This document shows, piece by piece, positions 26,000 to 38,072 of a stretch of DNA of 64,000 nucleotides; the first letter of the stretch is position 1, and every line of letters begins with the position of its first letter. Location of the stretch: positions 87,990 to 151,989 of the forward strand of contig NMRA01000778.1 in assembly GCA_002633005.1 (NCBI GenBank), in the 5' to 3' direction. The DNA is from Phoronis australis. Its lineage: Eukaryota; Animalia; Phoronida. The translations under genes and the position numbers were made by a program. The notes beneath the pieces are model-generated. The model saw only the letters and a list, made by a program, of their open reading frames with translations. It was not told the origin of the DNA and did no database searches.

Positions 26000-26416
26000 T
26001 TGCTGTGTATTGCAGTGTGCATTACTAGAACATTAACCTTATGCAACACATTGCTGCGTATTGCAGTGTGCATTACTAGAACATTACCCTTATGCAACAC
26101 ATTGCTGCGTATTGCAGTGTGCATTACTAGAACATTACCCTTATGCAACACATTGCTGCGTATTGCAGTGTGCATTACTAGAACATTACCCTTATGCAAC
26201 ACATTGCTGTGTATTGCAGTGTGCATTACTAGAACATTACCCTTATGCAACACATTGCTGCGTATTGCAGTGTGCATTACTAGAACATTACCCGTATGCA
26301 ACACATTGCTGTGTATTGCAGTGTGCATTACTAGAACATTACCCTTATGCAACACATTGCTGTGTATTGCAGTGTGCATTACTAGAACATTACCCTTATG
26401 CAACACATTGCTGCGT
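26000..26416. repeat. 51-bp minisatellite, about 8.2 copies
   Basis: Unit ttgctgcgtattgcagtgtgcattactagaacattacccttatgcaacaca; explains the 17-aa periodic ORFs on both strands. Confidence 0.95.
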
Positions 26417-26962
26417 CATATTATCCACGGCTGCCATTTCTTCTGTCGTCCAGTAGGTGTCACTGATCACTTAACAATGTTTACCCAATTTTAAAATCAC
26501 TTGACAATGTTTACCCAATTTCAAAATTTATTCTCATCTAGTTCCAAGTTCTATTATGGTTTGCTCACCTAAACTCAATCTAACTGAATTCGTCTTACCA
26601 ACGGAAAATGCAGACCATCGTTAAACACTGGAGGCTATTTTTGCCTAGTCTGAACTCTCCGGATTTTGCTGAACCATTTGAACTTCCATGTATACTTGCT
26701 GTTGTAATATGAGCGCATGTTTGACATGTACTGACTGCTGTGGGTGGCAAATGCACTGATTATAGGAAATAAACCGAACAATCGTGAATCATCAATAGTA
26801 TTGACTCTGGGGAAAATGTTATTAATTTGAAGTTTGGAAGTCACCTCATATTTTGAACTTCTGATGAATTCTTTTCTGACTTTGCTTCTGTCTGGGACGA
26901 CTTCGTGGCAACTCTTCATTTTCCCAGGTCACTAAACACAACCTGAAGATGTATTGGTGAGC

Positions 26963-27462
26963 TGTGGGTCGGTGTTATTTGTTTGGTTGATACAAAACCT
27001 TAGTCTGGGCCATTTTTAATCCTAGTATATATTCATAGAATGATTGAGTATATTCTGGAGAGTTCTAGAATTTGCTTAAGTTCCAAAACATCTTACCGTA
27101 AGAGGCTATAAATACCCAGGCACGAGTTAGAGACAGTCAATTCAGTTATAGTGACAAAGTTACAGAATTACAATTCCCAAGTCAACACTTCCATAATTGA
27201 CAGTTTCAGTGCTTAGATACACCATGTTATTGAATTCATGAGTGCAACAGTTTTCTGGAAGTGATGCAGGTCATTACATGGCAAGGCTTTGCAGCACTGG
27301 CTGGAGCACAGAACGGATGTTACGTCGGGCATTTTGTTTGAATAAACTTGTGTACGTACGGTTGAGATTAATGAATATATTAATTCAGAAGCTATGAGCA
27401 CCAGTCTTTTACCCTCCCTTCCAGATGTTGCTTCTTCGCCAGCACCTACTTTAGTTTCCACA
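26963..27462 (+). mobile_element. Possible solo LTR
   Basis: TGTGG...CCACA ends, TATAAATA near 27107, AATAAA at 27341; no target-site duplication found. Confidence 0.3.
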
Positions 27463-27484
27463 AAATTGTATTTGTTTAATAATG

Positions 27485-27606
27485 GACTGAACTAGCAAAA
27501 AGTCATGTACTTGGTGCCTGGTTATGTGACTGAACTAGCCTATGTGTACTTGGTGCCTGGTTATGTAACTGAATTAGCCTACATGTACTTGGTGCCTGGT
27601 TATGTT
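27485..27606. repeat. About 39-bp tandem repeat, 3 copies (tgtacttggtgcctggttatgt core)
   Basis: Direct reading. Confidence 0.85.
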
Positions 27607-28274
27607 ATAAAAGTATTTGATGGAGTTTGTTGATTCCTTTAAAAGGACTGTCAAAAGACTTAAATTGCACATTGGTGCAGCCTCACTGATGCCAAAGGGA
27701 TTAAGCAGAAAATCCTAGTTGTCATCCACTCTATTCTGCAGTCGTCAAGCACCCTCTGCCTCTGACCTTGGAAATCCTTCGATTAGAAAGCCCGGATTTG
27801 TGTTGTCAATTGTTCTAATAGAAATGGTAGTGCTGTGGCAGCCATTTGTTGCATTGTGGAGCTGAATCTCTGGCCTCCTTTGACAGATTTGTTTATTCCT
27901 CACTACACTTCTGTTGCTTTGTTCTACACATTCCGCAGGTCACCAGTTTCGTCTGATCAAACCCATGATGTGATGACCATTTTTAGAATAATAACAATTC
28001 CTGAGCTCTATATCTTCATGATCGGCAATACCTAATGAAATTTTGGTCTATAAATAGATCTCCTCAGGGGCTATTGTTGGAGGCCGTTCGTTTCTTGTTT
28101 GGTTTTGCTAACCAAAACTGTAGTACGGTATGTTATCTTGTCATCAATTTTTGTTTGTTTTTATGAGCTCACTACTGGTTGCATTTCTTGTTCGATCAAC
28201 ATCAAATTTGTATTTCCTGACCCCAAAGATTTTAATTCCTATTTAAGTCTATACCTCTGCTCCTAGATAATACC

Positions 28275-30056
28275 ATGGATGAAGAAAGTTGTTTGAAGAA
28301 TGGAGACTTACATGGTGACAGTGGAAATGCTCACAGTGAAGAAGGATGTTATATCAAACTGGAGGTGACTGAAGATGCAGTGAATATTGATGGAGCTGGG
28401 TATGCTGTGGGTGGCAATATATTTGTAACGACTTATTTCAAACTGGAGTGTGATGAAGACTCTGTAAGAGGAAGTAATGCTGGGGCTAGTACAATCAATT
28501 CTTCTACAGGTTGCTTAAGTACACCTACAGAAGAGGAGCCATACTTGTGTCCTGTGTGCGGAGTATCATTCATGGATGAGATTGAACTTGTTATGCACAC
28601 AAGAACACACAAGGGTGAGAAATCATACAAATGTACTGTATGCGGCAAGGCGTTTTCACGGAGACATAATCTTGTTTTGCACACAAGAACACACACTGAC
28701 AAGAGATCATTCAAGTGTACTATATGTGAGAAGGCATTTTCGCAGAATAGTAAGCTTCTTTGGCATGCTAGAATTCACAGTGGCAACAGACCAATCAAGT
28801 TTACTGTTTGTGGAAGCGCATTTTCAAGGAGCAGTGCACTCGTCTCTAACAAACGAATTCACAATGGTGAAAAATCATACAACTGTACTGTATGCGGAAA
28901 GTGTTTCGCTGAAAACAGTAAACTTGCTGTGCACTCAAGAACACATACTGGTGAGAGACCGTATAAGTGCACTGTGTGCGAAAAAGCCTTTGCAGAGAAA
29001 AAGACACTTATTTCGCATACTCGAACGCATACTGGCGACAGGCCATACAATTGTATTGTTTGTGGAAAGGCATTTTCACAGAAAAGTGCTCTTGTTTCGC
29101 ACACAAGAACGCACACTGGAGAGAGACCATACAAGTGTAGTTTGTGTGGAAAGGCATTTTCAGCGAAAGCTTCACTCAGTTCGCACTCACGCATACACAC
29201 TGGTGAGAGACCGTACAGTTGTATTGTTTGTGGAAAGTCTTTTATTGATAGTAGCAAACTTGCCAGGCACACAAGAATACATTCTGGTGAGAGGCCATAC
29301 AAATGTGCTCTATGTGGAAAGTGTTTTATTGAAGGTTCCAAACTTTCCAGCCACTCAAAAACACATACTGGTGAGAGACCGTTCAAATGCAATGTGTGTG
29401 GAAAGTCTTACATTGAAAGTGGCAAACTTGCCAGGCACACAAGAACACACAATGGTGAGAGGCCATACAATTGTGCTGTATGCGGAAAGTGTTTCAGTCA
29501 GAAAAGTGAACTTACGCTGCACTCAAGAACACACACTGGTGAAAGACCGTATAAGTGCACTTTGTGTGAAAAGGCATTTTCAAGGAGCAGCGCACTGGTC
29601 ACACACACAAGAATTCACACTGGTGAGAGGCCCTTCAACTGTACTGAATGCGGAAAGTGTTTCATTACAAATGGTGAACTTACGCTGCACTCAAGAACAC
29701 ATACTGGTGAGAGACCATACAAGTGCACTGTATGTGATAGAGGTTTTTCCAGGAATAGTGCACTTGTAATTCACACAAGAATTCACACTGGTGAGAGACC
29801 ATACAAGTGTGCTGTATGTGGAAAGGGTTTCATTGCAAATGGTGAACTTACATTGCACTCAAGAACACATACTGGTGATAAACCTTACAAGTGTACTGTT
29901 TGTGAAAAGGCATTTCCAAGAAGCAGTGCACTCGTCACGCACAGACGAATTCACACGGGAGAGAGACCATACAAGTGTGCTGTATGCGGAAAGGGTTTCA
30001 TTGACAGTCGTAAACTTACTGTCCACTCAAAAACACATACTGGTGAGATACCGTAA
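28275..30056 (+). CDS. C2H2 zinc-finger protein ZNF-1, 593 aa, 18 finger repeats (4th degenerate) plus the conserved N-terminal motif
   Basis: Intact ORF, acceptor ctag just upstream, ACCATGG Kozak context, CxxC-x12-HxxxH with TGERP linkers. Confidence 0.95.
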   Translation: MDEESCLKNGDLHGDSGNAHSEEGCYIKLEVTEDAVNIDGAGYAVGGNIFVTTYFKLECDEDSVRGSNAGASTINSSTGCLSTPTEEEPYLCPVCGVSFMDEIELVMHTRTHKGEKSYKCTVCGKAFSRRHNLVLHTRTHTDKRSFKCTICEKAFSQNSKLLWHARIHSGNRPIKFTVCGSAFSRSSALVSNKRIHNGEKSYNCTVCGKCFAENSKLAVHSRTHTGERPYKCTVCEKAFAEKKTLISHTRTHTGDRPYNCIVCGKAFSQKSALVSHTRTHTGERPYKCSLCGKAFSAKASLSSHSRIHTGERPYSCIVCGKSFIDSSKLARHTRIHSGERPYKCALCGKCFIEGSKLSSHSKTHTGERPFKCNVCGKSYIESGKLARHTRTHNGERPYNCAVCGKCFSQKSELTLHSRTHTGERPYKCTLCEKAFSRSSALVTHTRIHTGERPFNCTECGKCFITNGELTLHSRTHTGERPYKCTVCDRGFSRNSALVIHTRIHTGERPYKCAVCGKGFIANGELTLHSRTHTGDKPYKCTVCEKAFPRSSALVTHRRIHTGERPYKCAVCGKGFIDSRKLTVHSKTHTGEIP

Positions 30057-32291
30057 ACGTGTGCTGCTGATGGCAAGTGTTTGGAATTGAAAAAATTGCA
30101 ATGGCACTTTGTTTTAATTCACACCTTTTTTCTGATGCCTATTGTAAAGAAAATTTCGTCTAACTGCCTATTAACTCTCTATTTGATTTACTCAGCCAGA
30201 TTCTAAAACAAACAAATATCAACATTGTTTCTTGATCCTTCTTGTAAAGTAAGGCAAAATCGTAGCAATAGTTCGGATTAATATTTGTCACAATTCTAGT
30301 TGGGCCATTAGGACTTACACAGGCTGCGCACTGTATTGAACATTTTAACTCATTACAGCTGTAAGTGTTGCTCATTTGCTCTGGATGTCAATTAAAAACA
30401 AAATTTTCACAGTTGGCAACATGACATTTATTTTGCATGTATTAGTTCAAAGTCTGAATGCATTCCACATAGACCAGTCTCATCTATAGCATGCATCCCA
30501 TATTGGAATATGCAAAGGGCAACCTCTATAGTTCGGTGGTGAAGATGGAAAACATATGAACACGCACTAAGTTGGTGTTTTCACATGAAGGGATTCAAAT
30601 TTATCAAAAGCAGTTCATTGTAAGTGGTTATGAAAAAATATAAGTTTGAAAGAAAAAATGCATTACTTATGATACATCTTTGTGCCTTAAGTGGGGCTCT
30701 TAAGGTTTTATGTTCTTGGTGTTCATAGAAAAACAAGTAATGCAGTTTATTAAATATGACAAGTTGGGCTTTGCGACTTTCACTTTTAATACAACACGAA
30801 TCCATTCACTGAAACCTGTAAAGTGAAGCTTCATTGTTGTAAATGCTCCACTTTATGGAGTTCAGTTTTCAATCACTGCTTAGGGAATACGGGACGTCCC
30901 ACTTAGAAGAGAGTAACAATCAGTATCCCTAAGAAAATGCAGCCAAATACGAAGAGTGCATTTCCGACAAAATTTCCTACAAAAGCGTTCACTAACGAGT
31001 TAGAAACTTTACAGAAGGCAATTCCCTTCCATGACTGAATTATGCAAATCTGCAGAACTATTTGTATATGTTTTCTAAAAACACACATTCCTGTTATATT
31101 TTGAACTCAGTGTTTCAGACTTAAAAAGATGAAATTCAGTTGGCCATCCAATGGCATGAAAAATACCATTCAGTTAGTAACCCCACAAAGACGTGATATT
31201 CTCAGGAGGACAGACGGAAAACAAAATTCTAGCAACACCTGATGACTGTCGTGCAAGCACCTCCTTTCTCAAGTACACTGACCTAATTGGGTGGAAATGA
31301 TCTTTTTCAGTTGAGGATAACTGTATTTTTCTAAGGCTTAAAATGTGAACATTTGGAAGGCATCGTGTGTGGCTGACTAGCTTTGTGTTTGGAATCACGT
31401 GGTTCATGTGGAGAGTAAGCCACACTCGAGAGTTTTGTCACCCTTTTGGGTTCTTTTTCTGGTATGACTTTCATTCCGTTGTTTCAGAGACGTATATAGA
31501 CCATGATGATTCAGGTTGTGCAGGCCCCTAAGAAAATGTCCTTTGATCAGCTTCGTAGCGTCATCATCTCTCAGAAATGGGATCGGATTCATATGAAACT
31601 TTCTCATACTATGCTGCGGCACTGTTCTAGAACGTTGTTTGTTATTGGTTTTAAAATGTTCCACTTCTAAGGGTATCGACTCATATGACTTTCATGAAAA
31701 AGTTCAAAAGTTGTATAAAACGAACTGATAATTTAGAAAACTGTAGCAGCGTTTTTGAGATTTCATCCTGAAAAACGAAGTTTGGCCATGCTATCGATGC
31801 CGTTCTTTCGCTGTCTTTTTTGCTATTTTTACGAAAGACATGGTCTCGAGACTGACTATATTAATTAATGCCACAGATTGGTAAGAAGTCAAATATGAAA
31901 CTCTATCTACAGGTTTTCTACTTTCAGGAAGTATACGTTTACTGGTTTACAGCCTAGTTTGTATCAATTTAGATCGAGTAGTTCCACTCTATAACAAACC
32001 ACATTCACTTGGCCTACATACAACACCCAACTATAGGAAATGCACCCAAGCCAGTGGCCCGCAGCCTAACAGTTCAATGCCACCTTCGGTCATGCTGTGC
32101 GTGAACTTGGAATCCTGCTTAATCGTAAGATCGCGTATGCGTGAACTTGGAGTTGACTATTCATTTGGGCAATCTGGTGATTTTTTTGTTTTGAAGTGTA
32201 AAGAATATTTGTAATTATTGCCCTCATCATCACCCATTTTCTTCTTTAGTCTAACTTGTCTCTAAGAATCGGAGGAATATGTGAATGGTTA

Positions 32292-32797
32292 CAGTGGCGG
32301 ATCTAGGATATAACAATTAAGGACGGAGGGGGTCCAACATTTTGTCTGTAAACATTGCGCAAAGCACGATTGTAGATGCGCATAACACCGAATGGGGGGC
32401 AAATCCCCCTCCCGCCCAGGAAAATTTTTCTGTTTTTTCCTCTAAAAATCGAGAATTTTCCTTGATTCCTGAAGTATTATCCAAGAAAAAAACACGGAAA
32501 ACGTGTCAAAGTTGAAAACTGCAGGTATCATAGACTCGAAATCACGACCTGGCGGATAGAGCGCGCGTGCTTTACCACTACACCACTACGATTCCACTCG
32601 GCGTAATTTGGTTCTCAGGCAGAGACCTACTTGTTTATGGTCCACAGCGTTTGCGCGCGAAACCTACATGTACTTCTTTTTGTAATGGTTAATATATTTT
32701 TTATACTTTGTGCAATCAGTTCGTAACAAATTTGTTGTATTTAAAATAGTCTTCAATTTCCCAAAAGACCAAATCCGTTTTCTTGTGTTGGCATTAA
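32292..32797. mobile_element. Left half of the ~1-kb CAGTGGCGGATCTAGG element (carries a tRNA-like segment), interrupted at TTAA by a second element
   Basis: Collinear with 39328-39800 and 61767-62640. Confidence 0.85.
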
Positions 32798-32981
32798 AGG
32801 CGAAGGCAACCTTTTTCCATGTCATTTTGAGCTAAAATAAGGTTGGTTGGTTATCCTAGACATATTTTTCACTTAATTACAGCTTTTCGTAATTTTATTA
32901 ATTATTCGTCCGCTTTTCCGGAAGTGACGTTTTAGGAGGCAAGCGCTTCCCGCCAATTTCTTTTCACATAGTCTGACTGTG
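32798..32981. mobile_element. Terminus of a Kolobok-like element (TTAA|AGG...), runs into the gap
   Basis: About 160 bp near-identical to 56021-56178; both copies begin right after TTAA. Confidence 0.7.
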
Positions 32982-33348
32982 NNNNNNNNNNNNNNNNNNN
33001 NNNNNNNNNNNNNNNNNNNNNNNNNNNNNNNNNNNNNNNNNNNNNNNNNNNNNNNNNNNNNNNNNNNNNNNNNNNNNNNNNNNNNNNNNNNNNNNNNNNN
33101 NNNNNNNNNNNNNNNNNNNNNNNNNNNNNNNNNNNNNNNNNNNTCACAATAAAATGGCTGCCGAAGGCAGTGCACATTTGAAATAACTCGGCACAAATTA
33201 AAGAAAACTTCCGAATCGATGAATGCGGTATATCTGTGAGAGTTAAATCGAATCCTATTCAGATCATAACTTTGAAGTGGAATAATTCGGTGAGTACAAC
33301 AGCAAGTCGGTTTTATGCTTAGGCGGACGACCATTGGGTTCCCGAGTA

Positions 33349-33748
33349 TATATAATAGTGTATTGGGGACGAACAGAAGCTGAGGATGCCTGTGGGACAA
33401 ATGCTAAGATCTATCCAAAGTTACGTGACCTCATTTAAAATTCACGGCAATATCTCAGGTAATTTGCAAATTCTTGCTTTTTAGTAGGTCCTAGCGTTAC
33501 TGAACGGGAGGCATGATAGAATTTGATACTTAGCTGACTCGCTGCGAGAAAAGTCTTTCCAAAATCATGTTATATCTTTGAAAATACATGGCAGTATCTT
33601 ACAGTCTTGCTTTTTAGCAATTGTCTTGGCATTGAATTGACTATACCACTGTCCCAACTGGTAGTAGAGACGGTGGCCATCCCATGGCGTGGTCGTGGCC
33701 GCACAGGCGTCCTCAGCTTCTGGTTGTCCCCAAATACAGTATAATATA
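33349..33748. mobile_element. MITE with about 50-bp imperfect terminal inverted repeats
   Basis: atagtgtattggggacgaacagaagctgaggatgcctgtg is inverted relative to cacaggcgtcctcagcttctggttgtccccaaatacagtat; a related left end is at about 46131. Confidence 0.7.
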
Positions 33749-34119
33749 TTTTACAAGATATGACACTCTTAACTAGGGATTAGACCAGTGCTTCACCTCA
33801 GCCGTCCCTATCAAACACATTAACTCAAGAATTTTTCACAAAAAGAGGTTCAACAAACCATGAGCAATTGTTCTTTCTTTTGATAGCATTAACAGTGTCC
33901 TGCTTCAGTGAGTTTGCAACAAATTCGCGTTCAAAGCACAAAAATCTTCTCAAAAAGCCGATGCATGCTGTCGCCAGTGTCCCACGGAAATTGCCGATTT
34001 GCCACGGAAGGTCACGACGTCAGTAACTCCACACTTGGCCAGACCATTTCGTAACCTTCCGTGATGAACCGGCAATTGCCGTCCATGTGAAACTCATCAG
34101 AAAATTCCGTACTGTACTT

Positions 34120-34649
34120 AAGTGATATATATTTATTGAAGAATACACAGAACATGCATAGAAATAATAACAAACCCAGAAACCGCGAAGCATTATATTT
34201 GGGTTGTAAACAATTCATAAATGAAACTAATATACATAGAGGTATATACAATTAAGTAGTATCTAAAATAAGTATTCCAATACTTAGATATGTAATTACA
34301 GATATAAAAAAACAAAAATATGTAGGGAAATCAGATGCAATAATATTGATAAACGGTACATAAAAATTTACTAACGTTGCTTAGGAGGAATTCGTTGAGA
34401 ACGAAGTCAAGGTTAGGACTACCATTCAGTAATAATGTAACTCTAGTAGGGATATTATTACAAGAATTGAGAGCGTTAACAATTGATTGGTTTTCATTGA
34501 GTGCACGAAAGAGTGAGTCTCTCAGGTATTCGATGAGGGGACATTTTAAGAAAATATGAGGATAAGATTGATGGTCACCACATTTACAGTTTGGAGAGAC
34601 ATTACTAAAGTTGTGCCTGAACTTGTCAGAGTTGAGGAAAAGGCCACAT
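34120..34649 (-). mobile_element. 5'-truncated LINE (CR1/L2-superfamily-like): ORF2 C-terminus plus 3' UTR
   Basis: The minus strand translates without stops as LFLNSDKFRHNFSNVSPNCKCGDHQSYPHIFLKCPLIEYLRDSL...LLLNGSPNL...FL...YCI* (CCHC knuckle); 3' stem-loop and AATAAA tail; direct repeat CTGTACTT at 34112-34119 and 34650-34657. Confidence 0.85.
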
Positions 34650-34691
34650 CTGTACTTGACCTTGAAGTGAAACCTGTGGCCATAGCCAGAC

Positions 34692-35085
34692 CACGGGTGC
34701 TTATTTCATCTTATGTTTTCATTTATTCTTCATAAGAGATAAAGAATCTATAACCTTTATTTACACACCATGTTGGATCACCTTCTTAAAAATCTTGTTC
34801 AGTCTCGTCAAGTGCTATGTATCGCAGTTCTCAAGATCATAGCACTGGTCTTATGACTTTGGATTGCTTTGATTGGCTACTTTCTGACCTTCCACTGGGG
34901 GCCAATGGAAGCAATCCATGGTAGTAAGACCGACACTATGATTTTGAAAAACGCGACATGTAGTGACGAGATTGAATGAGGCATGCTGGAAATCAATCCA
35001 GTATTGTGTGAATGAGGGTTACAGGCTACAGTCCCTTATATCTTATGAAGAGTAAATGAAAAGATGAATGTAAGTAGCCCCTGTG
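34692..35085. mobile_element. Fold-back MITE, palindromic over nearly its whole 394 bp, with 8-bp target-site duplication
   Basis: AGCCAGAC at 34684-34691 and 35086-35093; the arms pair inward to a loop near 34880-34900. Confidence 0.85.
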
Positions 35086-35488
35086 AGCCAGACCCGCCAT
35101 ACACCCGAAAATTTTCTCTGACATATGCCTCACACTGATTAAACTAAATGCACCTTTATCAGCCGCTCGACGTTTTACTAGAATAAAAAGAAAAGTTTAC
35201 AACTGCTATCCACTAATATAGCCTCCCACCAGCCACTTCCAGAACAACTTAAATCATGCCTGTCTCAGATAGTATCTGCGACTGTAATGCGTTCAGTAAT
35301 TAATTTCTTGACGTCAGCAAGAATAAGTTAAATTATCAGTAACTCCAGATTTTCTTAATACAGTTGCAAACATTCAATGTCAATACGTCTTCACCAACTC
35401 AAGTTTCCAAAAGTTCATTAATACCCATGCTTGTTTGGCAGCTCACGTCACAAGAATGCTTACATCAACTAAAAACAACAACATTGGT

Positions 35489-35735
35489 TCCAGGGTACAT
35501 GGGGAGACTCAGGGTACATGAGGAAGCCCAGGTTACATGGGGAGGCCTGGGGTACACGGGGAGGCCCAGGGTACTTGGGGAGGCCTAGGGTACTTGGGGA
35601 GGCCTAGGGTACATGGGGAGGTCCAGGGTACTTGGGGAGGCCCAGGGTACATGGGGAGGCCCAGGTTAAATGGGGAGGCCCAAGGTACATGGGGAGGCCC
35701 AGGTTACTTGGGGAGGCCCAGGGTACATGGGGAAG
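35489..35735. repeat. G-rich 20-bp minisatellite, about 12 copies (cccagggtacatggggaggc)
   Basis: Direct reading; explains the periodic ORFs at 35364-35972. Confidence 0.95.
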
Positions 35736-38072
35736 CTTGTGACGATAAGTCACGATCTTGGTGAGCTCACCAGTGATGAGGTGAAAAACACATGAGCACC
35801 TGTGATTTTTGCTTATCAATACTGGCCATGCCACACAAAAATGACGATCAAGATGCAAACCGTCATCAAGTGAATGAATGTACTTCTTTGGTTGCTCGAG
35901 TTGGAAGAAATTAAAGACATCAACGGCCGCCTGAGGTGTACCTGTTTGTGCAAAAGATACATATAGCAACATGACTTGATGGTTTCATGAGTGTGGGGCA
36001 TAATTCGTGGAAAAGCTTCCGGCGTATGGAGAGCCTATGGCATGGCCAGCGTCTGTATAGCCTGTTGAGATGGTGACAGTGCACTTTATACAGTTTTCAC
36101 TGAATAACTTAATTGTTACAAATCAAAGAATGCAAACATGGCAAGTCTTCAACTGACTAGTCACACACTCTATTACCATTCAAGATTGCCATTCTCTGGT
36201 AAGGTCCTTCAAGGGTGAGCAAAGCAAAAGGGACAATTCGATTTGACATGTGATGACGGGTGTGCAATCAGAGAATATTTTTATCAGTTGTGAAGAAATG
36301 ATAATTACGAAAATGATGCATTTATCAACTTTCGTCCTATTGTTTTGTCTGACTGAGAAAATTGCCGAACACAAGTAGGAAGAGTAAAATGTTTGCAAAC
36401 TATAATTTTGTGCTACCCATTTAGTTGCAATAGCTGGCTACCAGCATGAAACATCCAGCCTGGGTAATATCAAGACGGAAAATCGGAACAGGAGAACATC
36501 AGATTCGGGAACATCTGAGACCACCGGGTCTTCTAACCGCCATTGGTCTTGACTTCATCGCCAAATAAACACCCAGGTGCTTGATAGAACCGAGCTGGTG
36601 TACTGTTTTTAGCGCTGTCCCTGTTCTCGTTTGGTGTGGTGTGCAGGCGCAAGTATTCACACATGGATGGCTGGAGTAAGGTACATCAAACATTGGCAGC
36701 AGCATGTGATTGGCACATGTCTCAGGCGGTTGCGCACATACTCAGCCCCGGAAACAAAGGCTTGATAATTCCTTGACATCTCAAAACTAGTCTGTTGAAA
36801 GACAGGTTGTGGCCGTCGTTTGCAATTAATACAGTAGCTGTGTTTACATTTGCTGTCTTCTGCAATAAAAAATGAGACACCCATCACCAAAGGCTATTAC
36901 TTGAGGGCATTTCCAAGTCACAATTGTCTGCCGGGACTTCATGCGCAAACAGCAGTACCGACCAGTGGATATTGTTAGTGTGTACCCATGACATCTGAAT
37001 GAATCTCACATTCAACTTAGCCGCAGATGTAAATGGCAGGGTATTACTGGGCTTCAGATTGTGACAAGTGCGTTTTTTGTGAAGTTTTTGCTAATGCATT
37101 TTGTGAGGATTACCCTGTAGGCAATGATGACTCCATTTTAACATATTTTACATCCTAGTAAACACTGAGTCATCACATGGAACTTGTTTTTTAAGTCAAA
37201 GGCACAGTCTTCATAGGTAGACGAGAGCACATGCTGGTTGATGGTGAGGACCCTTGCAGTCCGGGTAAAGTTTCCAGGGAAATTTTAGCTTGTTCAGCAC
37301 ACAAGGTTGCACAGTCAAGAGATTGTCGTAAACGTGCTGTGTTGATGGAAATTGTTTTAGGGTCATAAGCGACCCTGGAATATGTCGGACTGTGGCCAAC
37401 TTAGTAAAATCATATATTTAATAAGGAATAAGTTATCAGATTTTAGTGAAACTTTCAGATGCCATGGTCTACTCCAAAGTAATGAATAGTTGTAAAGACA
37501 GCAATAATAATATAGAACGAAAATTTTCACGATTTCTAATAGTATTAGAGACTGGAATAATAGTGTAGACTTGACATTTTTACCTCTAGCAAAATAATCT
37601 AATAGTAGAGACTGGAAATTTGGGGAAAATTTAATGGATAGTATAGAGCGGAATAATGGTATTGATTGCCAATTTGTATAAATTTAACACTCTGGCCATT
37701 TTTAATGCACTGCAGAAGACGCCAACAAATGGTTGGTTGTACCAAAGGATATTTACTTGGGATACTAGTTTAAGTTTTGAAACTTAAAGCCGCATATTTC
37801 AATCAAAGAATTAATTGTGCTGCTGTTGGTGATAGTTGGCTGGCAACAACAGATTTTCAGGCTGATTTGACTACTACAGCATGTCCTATTGGCCCTTAGA
37901 AACATATAGTCTGCAATGATATGTGATGCATGCCAGTGCCCCAGTGTTGCTCTTGTTGCTTTTTTGTAGACGCACTACTGGTTCCATTTCTTATGCGATC
38001 TGATTAAAATTTATTTTTCTTGCCCAAATAAATCCTAATACTAATTTGTGTCTATCTTTGCCCCTAGATAAT

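Noticed and set aside
25904-26494. 131-196 aa repetitive ORFs on both strands
   Set aside because: By-product of a stop-poor 51-bp minisatellite; no splice or start context. Units are contiguous with no unique spacers, so not a CRISPR array
28433-30090. Long alternative-frame and antisense ORFs over the ZNF genes (also at 38.3-39.3, 49.0-49.9 and 51.1-52.1 kb)
   Set aside because: Well-known shadow ORFs of periodic C2H2 arrays
32873-33400. ORFs spanning N gaps (also 45302-45794)
   Set aside because: Open only because of N runs
35364-35972. Gly/Pro-rich repetitive ORFs
   Set aside because: Translation of the 20-bp minisatellite; the period is not a multiple of 3
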